Source of the DNA: an uncultured Bacteroidaceae bacterium
GTDB lineage: Bacteria > Bacteroidota > Bacteroidia > Bacteroidales > JAADGE01
Assembly: GCA_964472505.1 (NCBI GenBank)
Contig: CAYYQW010000001.1
Coordinates: 30,701-94,700 of the forward strand
Reading direction: 5' to 3'
DNA: 64,000 nucleotides
In this document: in pieces, positions 28,546 through 37,894 of the stretch
Numbering within the stretch: position 1 is the first letter of the stretch
Layout: each line of letters starts with the position of its first letter
The notes under the pieces: generated by a model
Databases searched by the model: none
Told to the model about the DNA's origin: nothing
The model's input: only the letters and a program-made list of their open reading frames with translations
Translations under genes and position numbers: made by a program

Positions 28546-28946
28546 TTTAAGTTTTAGCATTTTATGCTAATTTCTTGATATATACTCTTTAATGCAGTAA
28601 ATATTATTTGCACAAAAGGTGAAACTCAAACATTCAGAATAACTTAAGCTCTCAAGAAACGGATCTTACATGTCTAAAAAACCGGTATTCAGAGGAGTTA
28701 AATCAAAAAAGTTGATTATAGTAACTCCAAAAATTATTTTTTGTAATTGCTTGTGTATTATAAATAAAATACTTACCTTTCGACATGTATCAACCTTAAA
28801 AATTCGCACTAATGTTACATAACTCAAAATCAGAAATTTACGAAAAATTAATTTTAATAATTTCGGGATGCATCAAAATTAAACACGAAATTATGATAGG
28901 TCAACCACTTGATGTACAGACAAATAACCTACTAAAGTAAAATCAG

Positions 28947-29900
28947 ATGAAAGCATATTACGATTTTGCAAAAAAAATAACTTACGATATTGGTGCTGCT
29001 TTTTTCGGATCCAAAGAATTTCCTTACGATCCCCGAAGTGTAAAAGCCGATGCATATCCAATAAATTATGAATTTGCATTAGTCAATTCGGCTAAGTTTT
29101 ATCCGGATTTTGATAACGATGGAATTCCGGTTGCAAATTATCTTAACGCCGGTTTTCAATATAACCCAACCCGTATAGCTTCTTATGCATTAGCGCATTA
29201 TAGCAGGTATCAGTTTGATGATAAACCTGAAAGCAAGTCGGTTTTTTTGAATACAGCCAATTGGTTTTTAAATGAAAAAAATGCACGGTTTGAGTATAAA
29301 TATAATTATGACCAACTAAAAGCACCCTGGATTTCTTGTATGGCTCAGGGACAGGGTATAAGTGTTTTGGTGCGCGCATACAAACTCACGAACGATGAAA
29401 AATATTTAAAACAGGCAATTTTAGCTGCCCAGCCTTTTGGTATATCTGTAAAAAAAGGGGGGTTACGAAGCTTTCGCGAAGGATTAGGTTACTTTTTGGA
29501 GGAATTTCCGTTTCCCAACAGGCCTTGGACAGTCCTCAACGGGTTTTTGTATGCAATAATCGGCATCATTGAACTGCAAAACCATTATCCTGAAATTGAT
29601 AATGAAGTAGGTTTGCAGAAATTAATAACTTCGGCCGCTAAAGGGCATTTATGGACACATAAGGATTGGACATGCTACGATTTGCAGAATATTGGCACAA
29701 CCAAGCGCAACGCGGCAACAGTAAATTATCATCGCGTGCACATAGCACAGTATCAATATTTGGCAAATTTGTTTCCCAAACTGGGGTTTGACGTGTACGC
29801 TAATCTGTGGACAAAGCAATACAATTCGCTCATTAAACGGACAAATGCTTTAAAAAACAAAATAATTTTCAGAACAAAAAATCCGGCCAACAGATTTTAA
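28947..29900 (+). CDS. D-glucuronyl C5-epimerase family protein
   Basis: YNPTRIASYAL, APWISCMAQGQGISVLVRAY, FLEEFP, VLNGFLYAIIG, YDL...ATVNYHRVHI; no signal peptide seen. Confidence 0.85.
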   Translation: MKAYYDFAKKITYDIGAAFFGSKEFPYDPRSVKADAYPINYEFALVNSAKFYPDFDNDGIPVANYLNAGFQYNPTRIASYALAHYSRYQFDDKPESKSVFLNTANWFLNEKNARFEYKYNYDQLKAPWISCMAQGQGISVLVRAYKLTNDEKYLKQAILAAQPFGISVKKGGLRSFREGLGYFLEEFPFPNRPWTVLNGFLYAIIGIIELQNHYPEIDNEVGLQKLITSAAKGHLWTHKDWTCYDLQNIGTTKRNAATVNYHRVHIAQYQYLANLFPKLGFDVYANLWTKQYNSLIKRTNALKNKIIFRTKNPANRF

Positions 29901-30069
29901 TGATACGTTTTTTAGACCTGATATTTTCCTTGTTTGGTAGTATTCTATTATTGCCTCTGTTGCTAATTGTAGGCATAGCCATTCGCACAGAATCAACAGG
30001 TTCTGCCATTTTTCGTCAAAAAAGAATTGGCAAGGCAGGGGCGGAATTTAGTTTGTACAAATTCCGAAC
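29900..30069 (+). pseudogene. 5' fragment of a phosphoglycosyl (sugar) transferase
   Basis: MIRFLDLIFS...IFRQKRIGKAG..F.LYKFRT, then homology stops; catalytic DELPQL/GPRP region is absent. Confidence 0.8.
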
Positions 30070-30149
30070 TAAGCAGGTTAAAAAAGATGACAATAGACTC
30101 AGAACTCCAAAGTTAATTTTGTATATTCGGAATGTATTAAAACATAAAA

Positions 30150-30377
30150 ATGGAATTGACAATCAACATAAAAGAAGATGAAACCTCATTTTCGGACGAA
30201 CATAAAACTTTAAAAAGAATAGAAACCGGAGAAACAGCTTCCGAAATTGGAATAAGATTAAACAGAATTATGAAAAAACCCCAATATAAAATAAAGCTCT
30301 CGAACAAAACCAAGACCTGTTTTGATAACGCGTATGAATACTATCCCGAAAAAACAATAAACTTGCAGATAAGATGA
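30150..30377 (+). pseudogene. Small ORF, possibly a collapsed antitoxin plus RelE/ParE N-terminus
   Basis: MELTINIK... start; from the internal ATG at 30270, YKIKLSNKTKTCFDNAYEYY resembles a ParE beta1-alpha1. Confidence 0.35.
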
Positions 30378-31060
30378 AAAAATTAGTACTGATTGCGTTC
30401 ATTCTACTATTCCTGCTAAATGTGATAAAAGCACAAAGTAAACATGAACTCGGAATAAATTATGCCCCAAACTATTTTATAAGAACATCCGGCAGGCTTT
30501 TGCCTCAGAAACAAGATAAAATTGCAATAAGTCAAAAAATTGGATTTATTTATAAATATCGGCTTAACGATAAAACCAAAATTTTAACAGCTGTCAATTA
30601 TTCTGTCTTAAAGGAACATAATAATTACGATAATGCATACAGTTTACCTCCAAATGAATATGAATTTTTGTATTCCGGCAACTCTTCATTGTATATTAAC
30701 AGAGAAACTTTAAGTTCAAAATTCTACTTTTTCGAAATACCCGTCAATATCAATTACTATTTTTACAAGAACATATTTTTATCAACCGGATTTAGTAATT
30801 CTTTTTTTATTAAACATGAACTGTGGACTGATATTTCTAATAAATCAAAATCAATTTATAATTATAGACAATACCTTGTTGAATATTATTTAGGTTGTGG
30901 TTTTTCAAAAAAGCTAACAAATAATGTTAATCTTTCTATTAATCCGTATTTTCAAACTTCTATAAATGACTTTATGTCAACGAATCACATAAATACAGAA
31001 TATCAAAATTTCGTAAATCAATTTGGTTTAAACATAAATATGAGCTATAAATTTAACTGA
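30374..31060 (+). CDS. Outer-membrane beta-barrel protein (porin-like), AT-rich
   Basis: Signal peptide, alternating aromatic strands, FFEIPVNINYYF, terminal MSYKFN. Confidence 0.7.
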   Translation: MKKLVLIAFILLFLLNVIKAQSKHELGINYAPNYFIRTSGRLLPQKQDKIAISQKIGFIYKYRLNDKTKILTAVNYSVLKEHNNYDNAYSLPPNEYEFLYSGNSSLYINRETLSSKFYFFEIPVNINYYFYKNIFLSTGFSNSFFIKHELWTDISNKSKSIYNYRQYLVEYYLGCGFSKKLTNNVNLSINPYFQTSINDFMSTNHINTEYQNFVNQFGLNINMSYKFN

Positions 31061-31170
31061 AACCAGCCAAAATATATCGGCTCCCGCTACTCAAAAGCCT
31101 TCCGCCTGTCGGCAAATTTTGTAAACAGATATGAAATACCGGTGCTGAGTAAGAAATTGATATAGCAAAT

Positions 31171-31773
31171 CTATCTAAATGCAATTATCCGCCTCAAAGT
31201 CATAAAAATAATTTTCATGTCGTAAAGAACTGAAGGTTTACGTTTTGCATAGACTAAATTTTCCGTCAATTTATCAGGCATAATTTTTTCGATATAGGCC
31301 TTCTCCGGATCATCAAATTCCTCTAACAAACTACTTTCTTCAGCATACTTAATTGATGCTATATCAGTAATCCCCGGTTTTACTTTTAAAACATTGAGCT
31401 GCTCATTTGTATATAAATTCACGTATTTTCTCACTTCCGGGCGAGGCCCTACAATACTCATATCGCCCCGCAGAACATTAATAAGTTGCGGAAGTTCATC
31501 CAGCTTATATTTTCGCAGAATATATCCGGATTTCGTAATTCGGTTATCGCGCTCACCAACAGTCAATAAACCTTTTTTATCAGAATCCGGATACATTGTT
31601 CTGAATTTAAGCAATTTAAAATCTTTATTATTTTTTCCTACTCGGTTTTGACGATAAAAAACACCTCCTTTAGACTCAATTACAATCCAAAATGCAAGTA
31701 TTAAAAAAACCGGCAAAACAAGCAGTATTCCCAAAAAAGAAAACAATATATCAAAAGCGCGTTTAAATATCAT
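31171..31773 (-). CDS. Initiating phosphoglycosyl transferase, WcfS-like
   Basis: KRAFDI, KFRTM, KKGLLTVGERDNRIT, KLDELPQLINVLRGDMSIVGPRPEV. Confidence 0.9.
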   Translation of the reverse strand: MIFKRAFDILFSFLGILLVLPVFLILAFWIVIESKGGVFYRQNRVGKNNKDFKLLKFRTMYPDSDKKGLLTVGERDNRITKSGYILRKYKLDELPQLINVLRGDMSIVGPRPEVRKYVNLYTNEQLNVLKVKPGITDIASIKYAEESSLLEEFDDPEKAYIEKIMPDKLTENLVYAKRKPSVLYDMKIIFMTLRRIIAFR

Positions 31774-31785
31774 ATAAGAAAATCT

Positions 31786-33000
31786 TTACAGGTAAATATT
31801 GCAAGCTTTTAAAAGGACATCACAAACCTTGTTTAATTGATTATCTGACAAATCGAAAAATACGGGAAGTGAAATTTCAGAATTTGAATTGCTCAAGGCA
31901 ACAGGATAATCTTCTGCATTGTAGCCCATTGATTTGTAAAATGTAAAACCGGGCACCGGCAAAAAATGAACATTTACCGAAACTTTACGTTCAAAAACAG
32001 CTTGAATAATTTTATTTCTGGTTTCTTGATTGATGTTCTTTATACGAAGCGGGTAAAGGTGGAATGAACTTATTTTTGTCTCAGTTTTATAAACCGGGAT
32101 TTGAAAAATATCCGGAAATCGGGAAAAAAAGTTGGTGTATTTTTCAAAGATATAGTTACGCTTACTCAGTATTTCAGATTCATAGCGTTTAAGTTCCGCC
32201 AATCCGATTGAAGCTAATATATCTGTCATATTCGCTTTATACCCGGCTTCAAGTATATCGTATTGCCAATTTCCCACTTTCGTTTTAGCAAGTGCATCCT
32301 TACTTTGTCCATGCAATGAAAAGACATTCAAAAATTGATAAACTTCTTGATTATCAAATGGTTTAGGCAGATTAAGAGCCACTGCTCCTCCTTCGGCAGT
32401 GGTAAGGTTTTTTACGGCATGAAAAGAAAAGACGGCAATATCTGTTATATTCCCGGTCATTCTGCCCTTATATTTTGCTCCGATTGAATGGGCAGAGTCA
32501 GCCAAAATTAAAATACGTCCAAGCTTTTTTTGATTGTTTGTTTTGGGAACAAAAATGTCTTTTATTTTGGGCATTGTAACAAGCGTATTAATCTCATCGT
32601 AATCTACCGGCAATCCGGCAAAATCCACCGGCATAATAACCTTAGTTCGGGGCGAGATTTTTTTCCGAATTTCTGCAACATCTATATTAAAATCATGCTC
32701 GTTTACATCGGCAAATACCGGCTTAGCTCCACAATGTACTATAACATTGGCTGTTGCAGCGTAAGTATATGCCGGAATAATTACCTCATCACCCTCTCCT
32801 ACACCATACCATCTAAGAATGAGTTCAAGACCTGCCGTTGCTGAGTTTAAAGCAAGAATTTTGGGGCTTCCGCAAAACTCCTCCAATTTTTTTTCAAACA
32901 ATTTAGTTTTTGGACCGGTTGTAATCCAACCGGATTTTAGTGTATCGATTACTTCATCAATAGCTTCTTGACTTATTGCCGGGGGTGAAAAAGGTATCAT
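31786..33000 (-). CDS. DegT/DnrJ/EryC1/StrS aminotransferase, WcfR-like
   Basis: IPFSPP, SGWITTGP, DSAHS, SFHAVKNLTTAEGG, LNLPKPFDN, KLGRIL, KSMGY..DYP.A...SEISLP. Confidence 0.88.
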   Translation of the reverse strand: MIPFSPPAISQEAIDEVIDTLKSGWITTGPKTKLFEKKLEEFCGSPKILALNSATAGLELILRWYGVGEGDEVIIPAYTYAATANVIVHCGAKPVFADVNEHDFNIDVAEIRKKISPRTKVIMPVDFAGLPVDYDEINTLVTMPKIKDIFVPKTNNQKKLGRILILADSAHSIGAKYKGRMTGNITDIAVFSFHAVKNLTTAEGGAVALNLPKPFDNQEVYQFLNVFSLHGQSKDALAKTKVGNWQYDILEAGYKANMTDILASIGLAELKRYESEILSKRNYIFEKYTNFFSRFPDIFQIPVYKTETKISSFHLYPLRIKNINQETRNKIIQAVFERKVSVNVHFLPVPGFTFYKSMGYNAEDYPVALSNSNSEISLPVFFDLSDNQLNKVCDVLLKACNIYL

Positions 33001-33141
33001 TATCTGCTTGTGTTTAATTGTATATATCGTTCATTAAAAAGAGTCAATATTATAACTCCGGCTGCATATCCTATGCCATATAAGCAAAAATATAATAATC
33101 TGCAATTGATATTACTTCATTTTTAAAAGGAATAATTATGC

Positions 33142-33754
33142 TTAATATTCTCCTATACTTATTTCCATAATATAAAACACCGAATCCATCGATTGATAAT
33201 CAAACTCATACCCTGAATTATCATAAAATCTTATTGCAGCCTGATTAGATTTTTTTACCGATAGACCATAAATGTTTTCATCGTTTTTCGAAAGATATTT
33301 TTCAAATTCTCTAATCATTTCACTCCCAACACCTTTAGACTGGGTGTCACGATCAATAGCTATCGACAGCAGCCTCAAGGATGCCCGGGAAATCTGTCTT
33401 GATTTGAAAACCGCAATTAACTTTTGAACTGCCTTTTAAAAAAAATTGTGGATTCATAAACATTAATCTGAGCAAATAACCTGAGTTTTCCGAAATAAAT
33501 TCCCTCACAGCTTTATTTGTATTGTAACCCGCAATAATAAAGCCTGAGATTTTTCTTTGTGCATCAAGTGCAACAAAACAATACTCATTAGATAAAATTA
33601 ATATTTCATAAAAGCGTGCTAATTTTTCTTCCGAAAAACGTGATGTAAAATGATCAGGATGATAAGCCGATTTATATATTTTGCAAATATCTCCCAAATA
33701 CTTCACGTAGTTATTTTCAATCAATTATAACAGTTCTATACTTGACATATTCAT
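33142..33754 (-). pseudogene. GNAT N-acyltransferase, interrupted by an in-frame TAA and a 1-nt frameshift
   Basis: ATG at 33754/33748 in frame with TAA at 33727-25; frameshift at the T8A4 run (33434-33445); C-terminal RLLSIAID...KGVGSEM...N.AAIRFY...GY. Confidence 0.8.
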
Positions 33755-33887
33755 ATTTATTTATTTAAAATCCACTAACAGTTTTGACTATTTATAGACC
33801 TAAGTCGATGATTGAAATATTTTTTTCATGAGCTGCAAATATTTCAAAACAATTGATTGTATGCTCACAAGATATCAACAAGAGCTT

Positions 33888-35153
33888 TTAACTCAACTGC
33901 CGGTTGCTCTTACCGGCTGTCCTTTCTATCAAATCAGCATATTCAGCATAAACAATTGCACTATCCAGACGTGCGCTAAAAACTTCTCGTACATTTTCAG
34001 AATACGCGTCTATAGCTTCCGGATGCTCATAAAAGAACCGGATTTCTTCAGCCAACTTTTCGATATCATCATAAATAAAGCTCTTCCCTAATTTATGCTT
34101 GTATATAAACTCATGAAATTCGCCTACTGTAGAAGACAAAACCGGTAATCCGCCGCTAAAATAACCGAAAGCCTTGTTAGGAAAAAACTCAAATTCTGAT
34201 TTTATGGGAATAACTCCGATATTTGAAAGTTGCAGAACGCGGGCAATATCCTTCTGTTCCAGCCAACCGGTAAAATGTATATTTGGTGCATTTCCTGCAA
34301 GTTGTCTTGAATAATCTTCATAGTTGCCTGTACCGGCCAACACAAAATGTATTTTAGTTCTTAAATCCGTATTCTCATTTATAAAGTGGGCTGCTTTAAT
34401 GAGCGGAGCCGGATTATGTATTTTTGTAAATGTACCCAGATACAAAACCACAAACTTATCTTTGGTTTGCTCTTCAATATTTGACAAAACGGGATTAGCT
34501 TCCTGTTTATCCGTCATTTTCAAGCTATTGCTGCCAATATAAAACACCGTATCGTCCGAAACAGCAGGACGTTTGACTTTATCCTGCGCCCATTTAAGCA
34601 TGGTTTGCATCATGCTTACAAGAACATCAGCATTTTTAAAAACAAAATTTGCTCGTCTGAAATCACGTATCAATACCATACGAGTTAATCTTTTCAAAAA
34701 TGTATTTTTGAAAGCATGAACAATAAAATCCGGCCAATAATCTCTGACATCCACAATTACCGGAATATTGTTTTTTTTACCAAAAAGCAAAGCATGATAA
34801 GCCAAATTATGCTCAGGCAAAGAATTCACTATAATATCCGGTTTTTCAGGCTCCTGTTCAGCTTTCTTTTTAAAATCAGCAGCTACAGTCAAATGGCAAA
34901 TAATACGACGTACAGAAATATTTCGTTTATAACTAATACTTTTCAAGTAACGAAGATTCAAGCCTGTATTAAGCTTTTCTTTTGCTTTGCCTTTATTGAT
35001 ATATGATTTTGACTGATGCTCGTATGCCGCAGTCCACCACGTTACATTGTGTCCGCGACTAAGAAGTTCTTTTGCTAAATAGCCCGTACGCATCATACGG
35101 TCGCCTTCATGGCGGGGAATAATTTCTCCTGTCTGTACAAGCCAAATATTCAT
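33888..35153 (-). CDS. GT4 glycosyltransferase
   Basis: VDVRDYWP, VLYLGT, FTGWL, PNKAFGYFSGGLPV. Confidence 0.88.
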   Translation of the reverse strand: MNIWLVQTGEIIPRHEGDRMMRTGYLAKELLSRGHNVTWWTAAYEHQSKSYINKGKAKEKLNTGLNLRYLKSISYKRNISVRRIICHLTVAADFKKKAEQEPEKPDIIVNSLPEHNLAYHALLFGKKNNIPVIVDVRDYWPDFIVHAFKNTFLKRLTRMVLIRDFRRANFVFKNADVLVSMMQTMLKWAQDKVKRPAVSDDTVFYIGSNSLKMTDKQEANPVLSNIEEQTKDKFVVLYLGTFTKIHNPAPLIKAAHFINENTDLRTKIHFVLAGTGNYEDYSRQLAGNAPNIHFTGWLEQKDIARVLQLSNIGVIPIKSEFEFFPNKAFGYFSGGLPVLSSTVGEFHEFIYKHKLGKSFIYDDIEKLAEEIRFFYEHPEAIDAYSENVREVFSARLDSAIVYAEYADLIERTAGKSNRQLS

Positions 35154-35179
35154 AGCTTTTCTCTCTTGGTATTAAGTTC

Positions 35180-36280
35180 TCAATTAAAAAAATCGCAAAT
35201 TGCCTGTGCCGTATATTCAATCATTTCTTCAGTAAGTTCCGGGTACATGGGTAATGAAAGTATCTCATTTTGGAATTGAGCAGCATTAGGAACATCAGCT
35301 TTCGTATAGCCTAAATGCTCGTAGGCTTCCATAAGCGGCAAAGCCACCGGATAATGAACGGCCGTTGCAATGCCTTTTTCTTTCAGATACTTTTGCAATT
35401 CATCTCTGCGCTTTGTGCGTATGGCATAGATATGATAAATGTGCTTAACATCCGAGCGCACCGGCGGACAAATAATTTCATCGCAGGCTTTCAATTTTTC
35501 GTTATACAGCTCCGCATTTTTTGCTCGGCTGTTATTCCAGTCCAAGATATGCGGCAGTTTCTGTAATAAAACCGCAGCCTGTATGGTATCCATGCGGCTG
35601 TTGATGCCTTCTATTTTGTGAGCATGTTTTTTTAAAGCTCCGTGATTTACAAACATGCGAATTTTTTCGGCCAAAGTATCATCATTGGTTATTACGGCTC
35701 CGGCATCGCCGTAAGCTCCGAGATTTTTCCCCGGATAAAAACTAAAAGTAGCCGCATGCCCGAAAGTTCCGACATACTGTCCTTTATATTCTGCAAAATG
35801 CGCCTGGGCACAATCTTCGATCATATACAAATTATGCTTTTCACAAACGGCTTTAATTATTTCAATTTCAGCCGGTTGCCCGTACAGGTGAACCGGAATT
35901 ACGGCTTTGGTTCTGTCGGTAATTTTTTCTTCAATTTTTGAAGCATCCATATTGGAATACTCATCTATATCAACAAAAACGGGAACAGCACCGGTTTGGC
36001 CAATGGTTTCGGATGTGGAAATCCAAGAATTAGCCACGGTAATTACTTCATCGCCCGGTCCGATATTCATCATGCGTAATGCGGCATAAATGGCATCGGT
36101 GCCGTTGGCCAGTGCAATGCAATATTTTACGCCGTATTTTTCGGCATAGGCTTTTTCGAACTCTGCTACTTCCGGGCCTTTAATAAAAGCCGTACGATCA
36201 ATAACCGATTGAATAGCACTGTCTATTTCTTTTTTTAAAGAAAGGTATTGTGTGTGTAAATCTACAAAAGGGACTTTCAT
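35180..36280 (-). CDS. DegT-family aminotransferase, WbpE/WlbC-like
   Basis: VPFVDL, PVHLYGQ, EDCAQAH, SFYPGKNLGAYGDAG, NSRMD.IQAA; position in the wlbABC-like triad. Confidence 0.85.
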   Translation of the reverse strand: MKVPFVDLHTQYLSLKKEIDSAIQSVIDRTAFIKGPEVAEFEKAYAEKYGVKYCIALANGTDAIYAALRMMNIGPGDEVITVANSWISTSETIGQTGAVPVFVDIDEYSNMDASKIEEKITDRTKAVIPVHLYGQPAEIEIIKAVCEKHNLYMIEDCAQAHFAEYKGQYVGTFGHAATFSFYPGKNLGAYGDAGAVITNDDTLAEKIRMFVNHGALKKHAHKIEGINSRMDTIQAAVLLQKLPHILDWNNSRAKNAELYNEKLKACDEIICPPVRSDVKHIYHIYAIRTKRRDELQKYLKEKGIATAVHYPVALPLMEAYEHLGYTKADVPNAAQFQNEILSLPMYPELTEEMIEYTAQAICDFFN

Positions 36281-36292
36281 GGATGTATATTT

Positions 36293-36751
36293 TTATTTAA
36301 TCTTTTTAGCGGGATTACCTACATAAACACCGGCTTCCGTAATATCTTTAGTTACCACCGAACCTGCACCTACCACCACATTATCGCAAATATTAACCGG
36401 CAGTATGGTTGCATTGGTACCGAGAGAAACATTATTCCCGATTTTTGTGGATTTCCACAAAGATTGGTCGCCGCCGGCCGGTCCGCCTTTTTCAAACAAA
36501 TCGTTGATAAACATAACTCCGTGCGAGATGAAGCAGTTATCACCAATTTCAACCAATTCACATATAAAGGCGTGAGACTGAACTTTAGTGTTATCTCCAA
36601 TTTTTACACCTTTTTGAATTTCAGTAAACGGCCCGATAAAACAATTGTCACCGGTGGTAATTTCATAAACATTTACCGGCTCAACAATTTTCACATTCTT
36701 CCCGAATGAGTTATCGCGTATTTGGCTTTGGTATATTTGGGCTTTGTTCAT
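36293..36751 (-). CDS. Hexapeptide-repeat N-acetyltransferase, WbpD/WlbB-like
   Basis: IGDN hexapeptides, GTNATIL, VGAGSVVTKD...GNPAK. Confidence 0.85.
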   Translation of the reverse strand: MNKAQIYQSQIRDNSFGKNVKIVEPVNVYEITTGDNCFIGPFTEIQKGVKIGDNTKVQSHAFICELVEIGDNCFISHGVMFINDLFEKGGPAGGDQSLWKSTKIGNNVSLGTNATILPVNICDNVVVGAGSVVTKDITEAGVYVGNPAKKIK

Positions 36752-36757
36752 GCTGTA

Positions 36758-37822
36758 TTATTTTATTCCCAACTTACATTTTTGGGGATGAAAACGTAAT
36801 TCTACTTCTTTTCCGGTTTCCACCGATTCGTAAATGGCAGAAATAAGCTCCAGGCTTTTCCGTCCTTCAAAACCGCCGATTAAGCTTTTGGTATTAGTTC
36901 TGACGGCATGAACGATATCTTCGTAATAAGCCTTATGCCCAAAACCATAGACATTTGGGGGGTTTTCATAATATTCGTTTTTCACGGTTCCATCTTCGGC
37001 AATCGGCTCGGTAAAATTCCAATGCCGAATTTCATTCACGGCAAAACCGCCAATTTCCACACTTCCCTTCTCGCCCAAGACGGATACCGAACCTTCCAAA
37101 TCTTTGGGACGCGTGGCCGTAGTGGCCTCAATGATTCCCAAAGCGCCGTTTTCAAATTTCAAAACTACGGCTGCCGTATCTTCGGCTTCAATATCTACCA
37201 ATGCGGTGGTGCTTTTGGCAAAGACGCTTTCAACCGGCCCCATGAGCCACTGCAACAAATCTACGTGGTGGCTTGCCTGATTGGCCAATACACCGCCGTC
37301 GGTCGCCCATTTTCCGCGCCACGAAGCTTGGTCATAATAATTTTGATCGCGCGACCAACGTACGCGCACGGTTCCCATAACCAATTTCCCGAAGCGCCCA
37401 TCATCCAAAGCTTCTCTCAATTTAACCACGGGCAAATTAAAGCGATTTTGTTTTACCACAAAAAGTTTACAATTATTTTCGGCACAAGCCTGAATCATAT
37501 TGTCGGCATCGCGCAAAGTCAAAGCCATGGGCTTTTCTACAATAATATGTTTTTTGTACTGTGACAAATGTATCACATGCTCGGCATGGTTTCCGCTTTC
37601 GGTGAGAACGCTTACAATATCGATGTCTTCGTTTTGCATCATTTCGTCCATATCAGTATAATACGGCAAATTGAAACGTTCTCCGAGGGCTTTGGCTTTT
37701 TCTTCAATAATATCGCAAACGGCAACGAGTTCCGAATCGGTAATTTGTCCTCCGCCCAAAAGTTCAGAGTGTTTTTTTGAAATTCTTCCGCAGCCTACTA
37801 AGGCAAATTTTAACTTATTCAT
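36758..37822 (-). CDS. Gfo/Idh/MocA oxidoreductase, WbpB/WlbA-like sugar 3-dehydrogenase
   Basis: GCGRI, VEKPMA, VVKQNRFN, DGGVLANQASHHVDLL. Confidence 0.88.
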   Translation of the reverse strand: MNKLKFALVGCGRISKKHSELLGGGQITDSELVAVCDIIEEKAKALGERFNLPYYTDMDEMMQNEDIDIVSVLTESGNHAEHVIHLSQYKKHIIVEKPMALTLRDADNMIQACAENNCKLFVVKQNRFNLPVVKLREALDDGRFGKLVMGTVRVRWSRDQNYYDQASWRGKWATDGGVLANQASHHVDLLQWLMGPVESVFAKSTTALVDIEAEDTAAVVLKFENGALGIIEATTATRPKDLEGSVSVLGEKGSVEIGGFAVNEIRHWNFTEPIAEDGTVKNEYYENPPNVYGFGHKAYYEDIVHAVRTNTKSLIGGFEGRKSLELISAIYESVETGKEVELRFHPQKCKLGIK

Positions 37823-37894
37823 AATGTGTTTGTTAGAATCGAGATAAAAGTATTCCGGTTAGTATTTGAATAGTTACAAAAGTTCGCATTGTCA

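Noticed and set aside
28812-28940. 42-aa ORF ending 6 nt before the epimerase
   Set aside because: No recognisable motif or composition signal.
31061-31165. 34 open codons in frame after the beta-barrel TGA (NQPKYIGSRYSKAFRLSANFVNRYEIPVLSKKLI), possible read-through
   Set aside because: The barrel already ends in a proper terminal strand, and no SECIS or recoding evidence is visible. It is more likely a relic or chance; unresolved.
33434-33445. Programmed -1 frameshift or phase variation at T TTT TTA in the GNAT
   Set aside because: The downstream half needs a +1 shift, the -1 frame stops within a few codons, T7, T9 and T10 variants all hit stops, and a second nonsense lesion exists.
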